Positions 1-12,895 of a stretch of 64,000 nucleotides of DNA are shown piece after piece (the first letter of the stretch is position 1; the number at the start of each line of letters is the position of its first letter). Made by a program: the position numbers and the translations under genes. Below the pieces are notes generated by a model that did not search any database, was not told the DNA's origin, and saw only the letters and a list, made by a program, of their open reading frames with translations. Source of the DNA: Eledone cirrhosa (lineage: Eukaryota); the NCBI GenBank assembly GCA_964016885.1, contig OZ024743.1, forward strand, positions 358,608,001-358,672,000, read 5' to 3'.

Positions 1-784
1 GAAACTCATATCATTTGGGTATGGTAATTAACACTACATCTGCTGATGTACTTAAACATTGCATTAATATTTCATCAACCTATAACACCTCTACTTAAGC
101 ATTGTATTAATGTTTCATTAACTGCTAAAAATTCTACATTACCATATTGTCTCTTACAGGTGAAAGCAATGATGTTAAAATATCAATATTTCATATATTT
201 TTCATAATTCCTTCAACAAAACTTGAATATATTTTCAAATAAAACAGCAAATTATTTCTTCAGCATATTTTCAGTTAGATCTTATATTACAAATATTTAT
301 ATGTAAAAATATATTTTTTTTTAGCTCTAGGCTAACATTGATCAAAAGTATTCCAGCTGTCTTTTTAGGCCATCTAAAAATACATTATCCCATTCGCCCT
401 TCCCCAATATTGGTGTTTTTTTTTTTGCAGGTAGGGTGTGATTTGACTGCTATCTTTAGCAGCTTGATCTCCTTTATTCACTTTAGTTATCATCTTACCT
501 GTGATTTATAGCTGGACTCAATAGTCTGAAAAGGGAAAGAGAGCAGCTTTATCTATTTGGCTCTCTTGCTCACACTGAAATATGAAGACAAGAGCTGGTG
601 ATCAACCTGTCATCACTGGCATTTCACAAGTGTATGAGTGCAGTCATTAACCTTTGCTGAAGGATCACTGTAACAAATTTGCTACTCAGCCAGGCTCTGA
701 CAATACTTCCTGTATGTGATTGACATCTTATCCACCATGAAAATTCTATATTTCATTTACTTTATGCCATGAAACCAGAATTAA

Positions 785-1011
785 CCCTTTTGTTACCATA
801 TTTCTAATGAAAGACACTACCTACAATTTTCAAATCATTTAAAAAATAATTAAAACTGTCTCATTATTAAACTGAAGTTTGGAACACAACTTAATAAAGG
901 TTCTTACTTAGAATTATGATGGAAGGTTTTTAGATAAATACAAACACTAAAAAAAGAAAGCTTTATATTGTAGAACCAGTGTTGGTTTCAGACTGTTTGA
1001 TATCAGAGGGG
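785..1011. mobile_element. piggyBac-like MITE
   Basis: TTAA|CCCTTTTGTTACCA ... TGATATCAGAGGGG|TTAA: imperfect TIRs and TTAA on both sides; related relic near 18790-18990. Confidence 0.7.
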
Positions 1012-1749
1012 TTAAACGTCAGCTCATATTTATTGGTCAATTGATTCCTCACTTGCAGTGCCTATTTCATATTGTTGCATTAAAACAAGAAGGCCTTTGT
1101 TACTTTCACATGGTCTTAACTGTAGATAGGGTATCAACATGGCTCTGTGGATGAGCAGAGCAGCAGATAAGGCTAGAAAGAAGCAGAATGAATTAGTGGA
1201 GAATCATTCAGAAATATATAATGAATTACAGAGGGTGATGTGAAGAGAAATGGAATGAGATGGTTGGGAGTGATAGAAATGAATGTGGAAGGAAAATCAA
1301 TATAGATGATGGAAAAAGAAATGAAAGCCAGGTGAGGGGAAATGCAAACGATATGAAAAAATAGAGAAGCTTGTCATAGCTAACCACTGCCTTAGTAGGG
1401 AAATGTTTGTTGTTAGGGTATCAACATAGAACACTGCCAAGAATGGAATCCAACTGAATTCAAAAAGTGATTCTTAAGTGATTTACATAATTTGCTATGG
1501 TCCACTCGTCAAGTCAACAACTTCATAATTTAACTACCAATGAGAAAGCCTCTAAATAGGCACTCGATTTCCTAGAAAAAGCAACTAAATCATACTGGGA
1601 TCACAACCTAAAGTCTTTTTAAAACAGGGCACATAGGATAATGTAGTTCTAGATAATGCCATACATCATGTACATCAAACAGTTGTCGGTGACCCTACAA
1701 TCAGAAAAACGAAGGAACTGCTTCAAATTGCAGGTAAGTGACCATATAT

Positions 1750-1912
1750 AGACAGGAATAGCTGTGTGGTTAAGGAGTTCCTTTTGCAACCTTGTAATTT
1801 GGGGCTCAAAGCCACTGCATGGAATCTTGGTCTAGTGCATATTACTATAGCCACAGGTTGACCAATGCATTGTGAATTACATTTGGTGAGTAGGAGCTGC
1901 AGAAATCTGTCG
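1750..1912 (+). mobile_element. tRNA-derived CORE-like SINE, decayed
   Basis: A-box-like TAGCTGTGTGGTTAAG head; body similar to copies at 4258, 13268, 28445, 37470, 51813. Confidence 0.55.
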
Positions 1913-2479
1913 TGTACGTTTGTGTTTGTCAATATTTATTGCCAACGATTTAGCAGTTTGACAAAAAGTACCAGGCTTGAAAAAAAAAAAAAAACTAGTG
2001 TTGATATCATTGACTTCAAAGTCATGCCCCAGCATGGCCATGTCTAATGTCAGAAACCAGCAAAAGAATAACAGAAAGAATGCATTAAAAAAATGAAAGA
2101 TATGCTTGAAATATGAGATAAGTGACCAACAGTCAGTAGCCTACTATTGATTTCTCTAACAGCAACATGTTTTGGTGCTAGGATTGCTTGTTTGCAGAGT
2201 CACTTGGAATCACATTAAACTGATATGAATGCTAGGAAAAACTTTGGCAAATCAATTCTTGGTTTGTTTCAATATGTTTGGTTATTGGAATTCCTTTCAA
2301 GAAGTCTATTTCTCACTTTGTGTAGCTAAATAGCTAACTCATTAACAGCACCGTCACCAGTCAAATTCACTTACATATTGGTAGTAAAGCTCAGTCATTG
2401 AATGTAAGTTTTTTTTAAACAAATCATTAATTTGATCAACTCAAGTCTATACATGCAGAGTTTGCCTAAAATCACCAGC

Positions 2480-3900
2480 AAGAATTCTGGTAACTCCTCC
2501 CAGTACATGTTTTTTTCTTTCAGATCCTGCATTGTCTCATCCAAGGTTGGTTTGTGGTCCATAGTTACTTCATACTAGATGATTAATTTTTGATGTGGCA
2601 CAAAAGCTGTTCAAGTCTTGAATATCTTTGTTTCCTCAAAAATATTGCTGCCTCCATATCTTCATCTGGCTCTGGCATCCCACAATTGATGCACTATTCA
2701 TTGCCTTAACTCAACAGGATAGCCAAAGAGTTTGATTGTAGATGTCAGGGCAAAATTCAATATACACATGGTGATTCTGTATTTTGGCGTGGTTCAGATA
2801 GTCTTCTGACATTGATTTTAAATTCCAGCCAGAGTAGATGGAATTTGTCAATTTCACATGCTATGAGCATAATAGGGAACAACTGTCTTATTTGACTTGC
2901 CATGTGAGCAACTACTTCTAGAGTCTGCTCCAGTAGCCATTGTCATGTAGGAATCCATGTAATCCATACGCTTCATGGAATGTTGTGCAGCTCCTCTTTG
3001 CAAAGCATCTGAGATCCTCAAATGAGTTGACTATTGTTGAATAGCATTGGTGGATATATCCAAAGATCCACTAGATAATCTCATTGCTGGAAATGTATTG
3101 ACCTCATCCATTTCATCATTAATGAGCTCCTTTTCAATAGCTAAGGTAGCCACCTCACTGCTCTTGTTAATATACTTAGTAATACAGAAAATTGCTTAGA
3201 TAGACCTGCAGTACACAATATTGAGGGCTTTTAGAGACTTGAACAACAATTTATTATGTTGGACTAATCACTGATTATCTAAAGTCAGCTCCTCTCTTCA
3301 AATTGTAAGGGTTGTCTTGTTTCTGTGCTTGGGCATACAAAAGAAGGCTCTAGGATATCTATGGTACATTATTTATTTTATATGCAAAAAGAAGAGGATG
3401 AATTGATTATTCCATATGGACTATGAACAAGTTGAATCTTAATTTCAAAAAGCTCTGGATGGTCACTCTTTTCAGGCAACTTTTGTCAACATCATCTGGT
3501 CTAATCTTGTTGCACTAGATAAGGCTGTAAGATTGAGGAAGTCCTCTCTTCTGCTAGTCAGTAGTGGCAATCCATGCATTAATCTAATTGCAGATTCTTT
3601 CAACACTTAGAAGTCAGAAGAGTTTCTTTTGTTTTGCATGGATTATATTGATCCTTCAGTTTATGATGTTGAAAATATTCATCTGAGAATTCTGTCCATT
3701 TCAAGTTAAATGTAATGAAAAAATCTGACCAAATTTCCCAGTCACTATTTCTTGGGTTACCATCAGAAGTGCCCCCAACTTGTATTGTTTTCTTTGCAGG
3801 AAACCCAACCTTTCTGCCTTTATTTTAGCATACATGTCCACCAAGAGCTGACTGACTACTTCTTTGAATCACAGAATGATTGAAATGATAGGCATACAAT
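2480..3900 (-). mobile_element. possible heavily decayed non-LTR retrotransposon
   Basis: Only scattered RT-like peptide remnants on the minus strand; no ORF. Confidence 0.25.
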
Positions 3901-4257
3901 TCTTTGCAACTGATTACTTGGCCAGTTTCTTGCCTTGTCCTTGGTTTAATTTAGTGTTTGAAAATGGTAACCATTTTGACTGTTCCAAAAGATGAGAAGA
4001 TACTAGAGTGAGCCAGAGGCCCTGTGAGATTTCCATATTCTCTCCAAATGTTTTCTTTTTTGCTTTCCATCAACTATTGTGCTTATACCTATCCACAAGC
4101 AAACATACAAATATACACTAACATTAACATCAATAACATGTTTACAATATAAAATATCAACAATATACAGTATGTACAATATACAATATTTATAACAACA
4201 GTTTTGTACTCTGCAAGAAAACTTAATGCAAAAGAATGGTGTAATAAAATGTGGACA

Positions 4258-4545
4258 CTGCATGGCTGAATGGTTAAGATGTTTGTTCTGCAATCATTAG
4301 GTCCTGAGTTCAATGCCACTGTATGGTATCCTGGGGGAGTGTCATTTACCATAGCATCAGTGTCAACTTATGCCTTGTGAATAAAATTAGGTAGACAGAA
4401 ATTGTAAGCTTGCCAGATGGATTATACCTGTAATTTAAAGAGCTGACCTTGTTGCATACTGAATCTTCCTGAGATATAGGTACATGTGGAATGCCTAGGC
4501 ACTTACAAAATGTTAATAGTAAGCTGTCCAGTTGATCAAACAACT
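4258..4545 (+). mobile_element. tRNA-derived CORE-like SINE with 3' module
   Basis: TGGCTGAATGGTTAAG (A box), GAGTTCAATGCC (B box), then a TACCTGTAATT module also seen at 13440, 28605, 37592. Confidence 0.65.
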
Positions 4546-4678
4546 AAAAAAACCTTTCGTCAAAAATGACAGGTCCATTCTATTCATATTAAAGTGTGAT
4601 CCGTACACTATTAGCTGAGCAGCTTTAAGGTGAAATACATCTCAAAGATCTCAACTGTCCTAAATTTGAATCCATTCT

Positions 4679-7030
4679 GATCATCATCATCATCATCATC
4701 ATTTTACGTCCACTCTTCCCTGCTCGCAAGAGTGGGACGGGTCTTATTCAGCACAGCATCTCTCCACTCGTCACGGTCCCTCGTCATCTCCACCGTGAGC
4801 TTCAACGATCTGAGGTCTGTTCTCACCACCTCCGCCCATGTTTTTCGTGGTCTACCTCTACCACGTCTTCCATCAACTGGCATTTCCTGGCACTTCTTCA
4901 CCCATCGGTCATCCTCCATGCGCATCACATATCCATACCACCTCAGTCTCCTCTCCCGTACACTACATTCTATCCCTCTCAGACACAGTTTCTCTCTCAA
5001 TACATTCATGCTGGGTCGTTCACGCACATTTACACTGCACATCCAACAGAGCATGCTTGCCTCATTTCTCTCCAGCCGTCGCATATCCTCTGCAGTTGCT
5101 GCCCATGTCTCACTACCATGCAGCATCGCGCTCCTCACACAGGCATCATACAACTGGCCTTTCGTATGCAGGGAGAAACCCTTCTTCATCAGCAGAAGAA
5201 GCAGCTCCCTAAACTTCTTCCAACCCGTCCTTATTCTAGATACTATGGCCTCGGAACACCCTCCTCCCATGCTAATCTGATCTAGGTACCGGAAGCTATC
5301 CACCACTTCTATAGCACCCTCCTGCATTTGAAAAATGTGTCTATCAATGCGAGTTCTACTGTCTAATTGTGTATCCAGGATCTGCATTGTGTGCATTTTA
5401 TAGAATTTATGCCAGTTCCTTTTCTGCATATCGAACATGGCCATTTCCCTGACGGAATCAGAGTTTTGTCCTCTTTTCTACTTATCAACACTTTTGTCTT
5501 AGTTAGGTTCACTCTCAGTCCTCTTGCTTCCAACTGCTGTTTCCATAGCCAGAATTTATTGTCTAGCTCCTCTACTGATTTTGCTATAAGAACCAGATTG
5601 TCAGCATAGAGAAGTTCCCATGGACAGCCAGTCTTAAACTCCTCTGTTATGGCTTGGAGGACTATAATGAACAAGAGCAGGCTGAGGACTGAACCTTGAT
5701 GTACTCCTACTTGTATCTGGAATTCCTCACTAAACTCCATTCCTACTCTGACTTTACTGAGAGTACCTCTGTACAAAGTTTGCACTGTCCTCACAAGCCA
5801 TTCCTCAACACCTAGTTTCCTTAGGGACCACCAGATGACAGATCGGGGTACCCTATCAAAGGCCTTCTCTAGGTCAACAAAGGCTAAGTATAATGGCTTA
5901 TTTTTCTCTAAGAACCTCTCTTGCAATTGTCTCACCAAGAAGAGGGCATCTGTTGTACTCTTCCCAGGCACAAAACCAAATTGCATCTCATCTAGTTTGA
6001 CACTTTCTCTAATTAGTTGTGCTAATATCCTTTCTGCTCCTTTCATAACCTGATCCATCAGTTTTATACCCCTATAGTTGCTCCTCTCCAGAGCATCCCC
6101 TTTACCTTTGTAGCAATTTATGAGAATACTGCTGCACCAGTCTTTGGGTATGACACCACCATATATAGCCTGATTGATGATGCATGCAACCAGTTTAGTG
6201 CCTACGTCTCCTGTGCCTTCAGCATCTCAGCAACTATTCCCGATGGTCCAGCAGCCTTACCATTTTTCATTTCCCTAATCGCCTCTTGGACCCTATATTC
6301 GTCAATCTTAAAAGCTGGTCCCTCTGTTGGATCTACTAAGGGTAATTTCTCTCTCTCCCATTCGTTCTCCACATTCATCAGTCTCTCATAATGACATTTC
6401 CAGGCCTCCTTTTTCTGATCATTCATGACACTAAGTACACCGGCATCATCCCGGACACATTTATCTCCAACAACATCCTGATTTGCATTGACACACTGCC
6501 TTGCAATGTGGAACACCGCACGCCTCTGATCTTCCCGTCGCAGAACATTGGCAAACCTCCTACTCTCAGCCTCCCTGCGTGCTAAGTACACCTCACGTAT
6601 AGCTTCTCTCTTAGCGGCTGTATATCCTTCCATACTCCCACCCTTCCATGCTACTCTTTTGTCTCTAATGGCCTTATCTACTGTGCTGTTCCACCACCAG
6701 GTCACTCTCCGTCTGGTTGGAGCTCTGCTCCAGCCACAAGTTTCATCAGTAGCCTGCAGCAAGTTGTCACGTAAGAAATTCCAGTTATTATCTATGTCAT
6801 ACGTCTTCTTTTTCGTCATATACATCTTGAAGGGCTTTCCTAAATTTGTATTTTAGTGAAAGGTCTTTTAGCTTCCAGACCTTTCTTTTCCACACCTTCC
6901 TGTATGTCTCATTCCATCTCTTGCTTACTGAGATATCACTAACGACTAACCAATGCTGTGGGGTACATTCTTCCCCAGGGTATGCCTTGGTATTAGACAC
7001 TATCTGCCTGTCCCGCTGCCTAACTAGGTA
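4679..7030 (-). mobile_element. RTE LINE family B, 5'-truncated, frameshifted
   Basis: ORF pieces with AFVDLEKAFDRVPR, GVHQGSVLS, LLYADN, RRLRWYG; (CAT)n tail at 4679-4702; about 70-nt deletion removes half of the Cys-rich finger. Confidence 0.95.
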
Positions 7031-8324
7031 TTAATATTCGTTAGTTAATAAAGTTATTTTGAGGTGAAATCCATGCTACATCTTTCCTCCCCAAAAAACC
7101 TGAAGGGTTTGCAATGAATTATGCAAATTAACATGGTGGGAGTGGATGAAACTGATATATTTAAAATTGGAACCATCAATAATGAGGAATGTATAAATAA
7201 AACTTAGCTTTGATTGATTTACTGAAATGAATAAATTATCATTTACCTCCCTCTTCCACACTGGTATGGGTTGGATAATTGTCACAAAGTAAATAGATGG
7301 ATCAGAATGACCAATCTTGCTCCTTCCATTCTATATTTAGCATGGTTTTTACAGTTGGATGCCCTTCCTAATGCCAACCACTCTACAGTATGTGCTAGGT
7401 GTGTTTTTTCATGACTACACTACAAACATTTTATGTGTACTGGGTGCATTTTATTATGGTACTAGCACTAGAGAGATTGTCACATGTTAAGCCAAATTGA
7501 AGAATTCTCTCAAACCCAATTTAAAATACAGAAGGCATGAACCACTCTTAAACTTTTTATATTTGGCATTTATTTCAATACAGTCTTCAGAAATTGATAT
7601 TCTGAACATCAGTGATTCCATTTTTACAGAAAACAAATATATTCCCACTATCTCTTTTCACTGATAACATATATTGCTTCAATGTTTCTATTGGCTATAT
7701 GAAGTGGTTAAAAGAATTACTGGGATAAAGCTTAATCCATGTTTTTCCTCCAAAATTACTGTCACAAATAGTGATTGTTATTTGAACTTATAAAGCTGCC
7801 ACAAGAGAGAGCAGTAAACATGCAAATAAACCTGTTACATACCATCACTCTCTTCTATGTATGTATATCTCTCATTATCTCCATGACTATTGACTATTAG
7901 GATATAAAAAACAGGCTGAGATGCTAAAAATATCTGAAGTAGGGTTCAAGCTAGTCTCCTCCATAGTCAACCAGGTAATACAGTGGTGTCATCCTTATTC
8001 ACATATTTGGTTTCATGTATTAACTAGGTAGCACCATCATTATTTAATGTCCATTTTCCATGCAAGCAAAGGTTAGACAGATTGGTCACAGACCATATCA
8101 GTACTTAAACAGTCAATGATCTCTCAGATGGGCTGGTGGGCAGCATCTTGTTTACATATTCCTGTAAATTCCTATTTAATAGGAAGCTCCTAAATTTCAC
8201 ATGAAAATGTCCTCTCCTGTATAAACTATATTATGCTGGTTTTTTTTTCAGCACTAATATACTAGAACTGAACTATTTACTACAAATATGACAATGTTAT
8301 GCTTTCTCTCCTGTATGAATTGTA

Positions 8325-8615
8325 TGGAACGAGTATTCCAGTTGTTCGATTAACGGAACAGCCTTCCCAGGAAAATAATGTGTAATTATTCATCAAATGG
8401 GTACCTATTAACATAATTCTCAGAGGGATTTAGTATGACAAGGCCGGTCCTTTGAATTACAGGCACAGTCCAGTTTCCTTTTATTCAGTTTCACTCATAA
8501 GGTACGGGTCAACCTGAGGCTATGGTAAATGACACTTGCTCAAGATGCCATGCAATGGGGATTGAACCAGGTCCCTAATGATTGTAAAGCAAACTTCTTA
8601 AACATTCAGCCATGC
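8325..8615 (-). mobile_element. tRNA-derived CORE-like SINE
   Basis: Reverse complement of the 4258/13268 family (GGTTCAATCCC B box, CTTGAGCAAGTGTC core). Confidence 0.65.
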
Positions 8616-9508
8616 TACATCCACAATTATATAAACTTCATTAAATCACTGCTATACAAAAATAGGCTGTGAATTAGTAGAGTCATTAGATTGTCGGATT
8701 ATATGTCACAAAATTTGTGCTAGCTCTCTGCGCTGTGTTCAAATTTTGCCTTTCATCCTTTTGAGGTAAATAGAGTACTAGTCCAGGGATGCTGGATTGG
8801 TAGAATTGTTTAAGAGTTTGATCAGATGCTTTGCTGAAACAGTTCTGGCTATGTACACTCTGAGATTAAATCCTGGTTCCTAACACTGGAAAAAGGTGAT
8901 GTTTCTACCAGGAGTTGCGACAAGCAGATACTATTAGCAATGGAAAGACAAGTGAAAATGTTGTTTACTTGGTCTGATCTGACAATCAGTAATATTATTA
9001 TATACAAGAATCTTTTATGCCAAATTAAAAATGTTTACATTTTTGTCTCATGTGAACAAGGTAATGCTATGTTAAGTAATTATTACATATGAAGGTTTTA
9101 CCACAGATTTCACAACAGCATGAAGACTCTATTGTGAACTTTATTATTCTTTGTTAAATCACATTTACACCACAATATAAAACCTCTCAATTTCATGTCA
9201 CTTCAAGATGCTATCTCTTAACATCCTGTGATGATTTAGCAGAAAATATCTAAAATTGGGTGTTAATTCAAATGTTTGTAGTATCTTTACTAATGGCCAC
9301 ATTGTTGAAAATTTGTAATATTAGTGTCATGACTTACATTTTCAATGTGATGTAGTCATAATGCTGTTTTGTATTTCTCAAAAATGTCTTGCTAATGTGG
9401 TTTCATGTGGTACAGGACATTGAGTTAATATACAGGTTTCACATTTTTATGAACTGGAATATGTTTATGTAACAAATATATTATGATGTTTTATACCCTG
9501 ATTTAAAA

Positions 9509-10390
9509 CTATTGTGGTGCTTCTCTTGTATGTAGTAATTTATGTCTCTTTAAACTACGATTATGTGAGAATGCCTTGGCACAAACATCACACTTGTATG
9601 GTTTTTCTGCAACGTGGACAGCTTTATGTTCTTTAAAAAGGGAATAGTTTACAAATGTTTTACTACAAACTTTACACTGATATGATGTCTCTTCTGAATG
9701 AACACTATCATGCATAGTTAAGCGATATTTTCTTGAGAACGCTTTACCACATATTTTACATTTAAAAGCTTTCTCTCTTTTATGTGTAAATTTATGTTTC
9801 TTCAAGTCACTATTATTTGTGAAAGTTTTGTTACAGGTTTCACACTTAAATGGTTCTTCTACAATATGAAGCATGTTATGTATCTTCAAGTCACTATTAT
9901 ACATAAATATTTTACCACAAATGTCACATTGGTGTGATTTTTCTCCAGTATGCACTATTATATGACGTTGTAATCTCTTCTTCACACAGTATGCTTTTCC
10001 ACAAATGTCACATTCAAATGGTTTCTCTCCAGAGTGTATTACTTTATGATCAGTAACACTTTCTTTTCTAAGGAATGATTTACCACAAATATCACAATGG
10101 TATGGTTTCTCTTCCATATGAACTATTTTGTGTCTCTTTAAGATACTATCTAAGTGGAATGATTTACCACAAATATCACAGATATATGGTCTCTTTCCAG
10201 TATGTACCACCTTATGCCTATTTTCATTACTTTTCCTTGAAAATAATTTGCCACAAATGTCACAGCTGTATGGTTTTTCTCCAGTATGAACCACTTTATG
10301 CATCTCAAGTTGTGAATTACGTGAAAACTGTCTATCACAAATTTCACAACGGTATGGTCTCTTTACAGTATTAACCTTTTTGACCTCCAT
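9509..10390 (-). CDS. tandem C2H2 zinc-finger protein, 10 fingers, 293 aa, no effector domain
   Basis: Ten C-x2-C-x12-H-x3-H repeats with TGEKP-like linkers. The ORF-track start at 10411 is GTG; the first ATG is 10390, with an in-frame TAA upstream at 10426-10424. Candidate AATAAA at 9145-9140. Confidence 0.92.
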   Translation of the reverse strand: MEVKKVNTVKRPYRCEICDRQFSRNSQLEMHKVVHTGEKPYSCDICGKLFSRKSNENRHKVVHTGKRPYICDICGKSFHLDSILKRHKIVHMEEKPYHCDICGKSFLRKESVTDHKVIHSGEKPFECDICGKAYCVKKRLQRHIIVHTGEKSHQCDICGKIFMYNSDLKIHNMLHIVEEPFKCETCNKTFTNNSDLKKHKFTHKREKAFKCKICGKAFSRKYRLTMHDSVHSEETSYQCKVCSKTFVNYSLFKEHKAVHVAEKPYKCDVCAKAFSHNRSLKRHKLLHTREAPQ

Positions 10391-10610
10391 CAGGCTTATG
10401 TAACTTTCCACAAACCAACAATATTATTCACAAAGCTACGATAGCTTGTGTCAGAATTTAGCAAAATTACAAATTTCTTAATGAAATTTTCCCCATATTG
10501 CTTGTAAGATCTGTTAAAGCCTTCAATGTCAGCATTCCAATTAACACAGTTTCAATATGCACATCTTCATTTCAATACATGGGGATATATTTTCATGGTA
10601 GAAATATTTC

Positions 10611-10640
10611 CTGAAATATAACAAAACCAATATTAATATG
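10611..10640 (-). promoter_or_regulatory. candidate splice acceptor of the ZNF exon
   Basis: Minus strand reads TTGGTTTTGTTATATTTCAG|GAAAT, 220 nt upstream of the ATG. Confidence 0.6.
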
Positions 10641-10748
10641 AAGTAAGCAATATCTTTGAAATGTAACTCTAATTATACATAGTTGAACAGTTTCTCCAAT
10701 AGTGTAACAAATCTAAGTTTAATCGAAACATAAAAAATATATACTGAT

Positions 10749-10840
10749 TGTTTCTCAATAAATAGCTCAATGAACATTAGTTCAGAGCCTACCATGTTTC
10801 TCAATAAATAGCTCAATGAACATTAGTTCAGAGCCTAGCA
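10749..10840. repeat. 46-bp tandem duplication
   Basis: TGTTTCTCAATAAATAGCTCAATGAACATTAGTTCAGAGCCTA(C/G)CA x2, one mismatch. Confidence 0.95.
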
Positions 10841-11064
10841 TTTTACAAGTTTAAATGATACATAAAAGAATATTGAGAAACTGCTGGTATTTTGTACATG
10901 TATATAGAATGATAAAATTGTAAGAACATATATTTTAGATTTAAATTTAAATTTCCTAATTCATAGGTACAAAGAAAGATATAGTAAGTAAAAAAACTTA
11001 CATGAAGATGATAATTTTATCATACCATCTTCATGTAAGTTTTTGTTTATTTTACTATATCTTT

Positions 11065-12678
11065 ATAGTTGCTGAGATGCTGAAGGCATCAGGGGACGTA
11101 GGCACTAAACTGGTTGCACGCATCATCAATCAGGCTATATATGGTGGTGTCATACCCAAAGACTGGTGCAGCAGTATTCTCATAAATTGCTACAAAGGTA
11201 AAGGGGATGCTTTGGAGAGGAGCAATTATAGGGGTATAAAACTGATAGATCAGGTTATGAAAGTGGCAGAAAGGATTTTAGCACAACTAATTAGAGAAAG
11301 GGTCAAACTAGATGAGATGCAGTTTGGTTTTGTGCCTGGGAAGAGTACAACAGATGCCCTCTTCTTGGTGAGACAAATGCAAGAGAAGTTCTTAGAGAAG
11401 AATAAGCCACTATACTTAGCCTTTGTTGACCTAGAGAAGGCCTTTGATAGGGTACCCCGATCTGTCATCTGGTGGTCCCTAAGGAAGCTAGGTGTTGAGG
11501 AATGGCTTGTGAGGACAGTGCAAACTTTGTACAGAGGTACTCTCAGTAAAGTCAGGGTAGGAATGGAGTTTAGTGAGGAATTCCAGATACAAGTAGGAGT
11601 ACATCAGGGTTCGATCCTCAGCCCGCTCTTGTTCATTATAGTCCTCCAAGCCATAACAGAGGAGTTTAAGACTGGCTGTCCATGGGAACTTCTCTATGCT
11701 GACGATCTGGCTCTTATAGCAGAATCAGTAGAGGAGCTAGAGAATAAATTCCGGCTATGGAAACAGCAGTTGGAAGCAAGAGGACTGAGAGTGAACCTAG
11801 CTAAGACAAAAGTGTTGATGAGTAGAAAAGAGGACAAAACCCTGATTCCGTCAGGGAAATGGCCATGTTCGATATGCAGAAAAGGAACTGGCACAAATTC
11901 TATAAAATGCACACAATGCAGGTCCTGGGTACACAAGAGATGTAGCGGGATAGCAGGCAAACTAACAGGTAGGGAGAAATATGTATGCAGTAGATGTACA
12001 GGGAAATTAGACAGTAGAAATCGCACTGATAGACACATTTTTCAAATGCGAGAGGGCGCTATAGAAGTGGTGGATAGTTTCCGGTACCTAGGAGATCAGA
12101 TTAGCATGGGAGGAGGGTGTTCCGAGGCCATAGTATCTAGAATAAGGACGGGTTGGAAGAAGTTTAGGGAGCTGCTTCCTCTGTTGACGAAGGGTTTCTC
12201 CCTGCGTACGAAAGGCCGGTTGTATGATGCCTGAGTGAGGAGCGCGATGCTGCATGGTAGTGAGACATGGGCAGCAACTGCAGAGGATATGCGACGGCTG
12301 GAGAGAAATGAGGCAAGCATGCTCCGTTGGATGTGCAGTGTAAATGTGCGTGAACGACCCAGCATAAATGTGTTGAGAGGGATAGAATGTAGTGTACGGG
12401 AGAGGAGACTGAGGTGGTATGGACATGTGATGCGCATGGAGGATGACCAATGGGTGAAGAAGTGCCAGGAATTGCCAGTTGAAGGAAGACGTGGTAGAGG
12501 TAGACCACGAAAAACATGGGCGGAGGTGGTGAGAACAGACCTCAGATCATTGAAGCTCACGGTGGAGATGACAAGGGACCGTGACGAGTGGAGAGATGCT
12601 GTGCTGAATAAGACCCGTCCCACCCTTGCAAGCAGGGAAAAGCGGACGTAAAATGATGATGATGATGATGATGATGAT
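11065..12678 (+). mobile_element. RTE LINE family B, 5'-truncated, young
   Basis: RT with YADD and PHD-like finger; premature TGA at 12232; (GAT)n tail; possible 6-bp TSD ATCTTT (11059-64, 12677-82). Near-identical to the 4704-6237 part of the minus-strand copy. Confidence 0.95.
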
Positions 12679-12763
12679 CTTTCTTTGTAGCTACAAATTA
12701 GGAATTTTAAATTTATTATCTTGAAGTACAGCTTGCAATCTTATCATTATATATATATATATA

Positions 12764-12895
12764 TGCAAAAGGTAAACAGAAATAACAAAGCAAGCGACAC
12801 AGTACAATGAAAAATATATTATTAGTTCGTTTTACGCTTGATATAGTAAGAAAAAAGTCTTAACGTTTCGGACGCTTGTCCTTCATCAGAAGAGA
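12764..12895 (-). mobile_element. solo Penelope-like terminal repeat in (TA)n
   Basis: Homologous to 56950-57072, the 3' end of a GIY-YIG element; (TA)n on both sides. Confidence 0.8.
12858..12893 (-). ncRNA. minimal type I hammerhead ribozyme motif
   Basis: TCTT CTGATGA A GGAC-AAGC-GTCC GAAA CGTT AAGA: core, 4-bp stem II, 4-bp stem I, palindromic AACGTT in place of stem III. Confidence 0.7.

Noticed and set aside
4732-5280. Antisense ORFs recurring in RTE copies
   Set aside because: Shadow frames repeated only because the copies are homologous
11002-11064. Hydrophobic N-terminus fused to the RT ORF (signal-peptide-like)
   Set aside because: T-rich flank that is open in frame by chance; the ORF has a premature stop and deletions, with no sign of domestication
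12232-12234. In-frame TGA at a Cys codon as possible Sec
   Set aside because: Other copies have TGT; a single substitution in a dead copy
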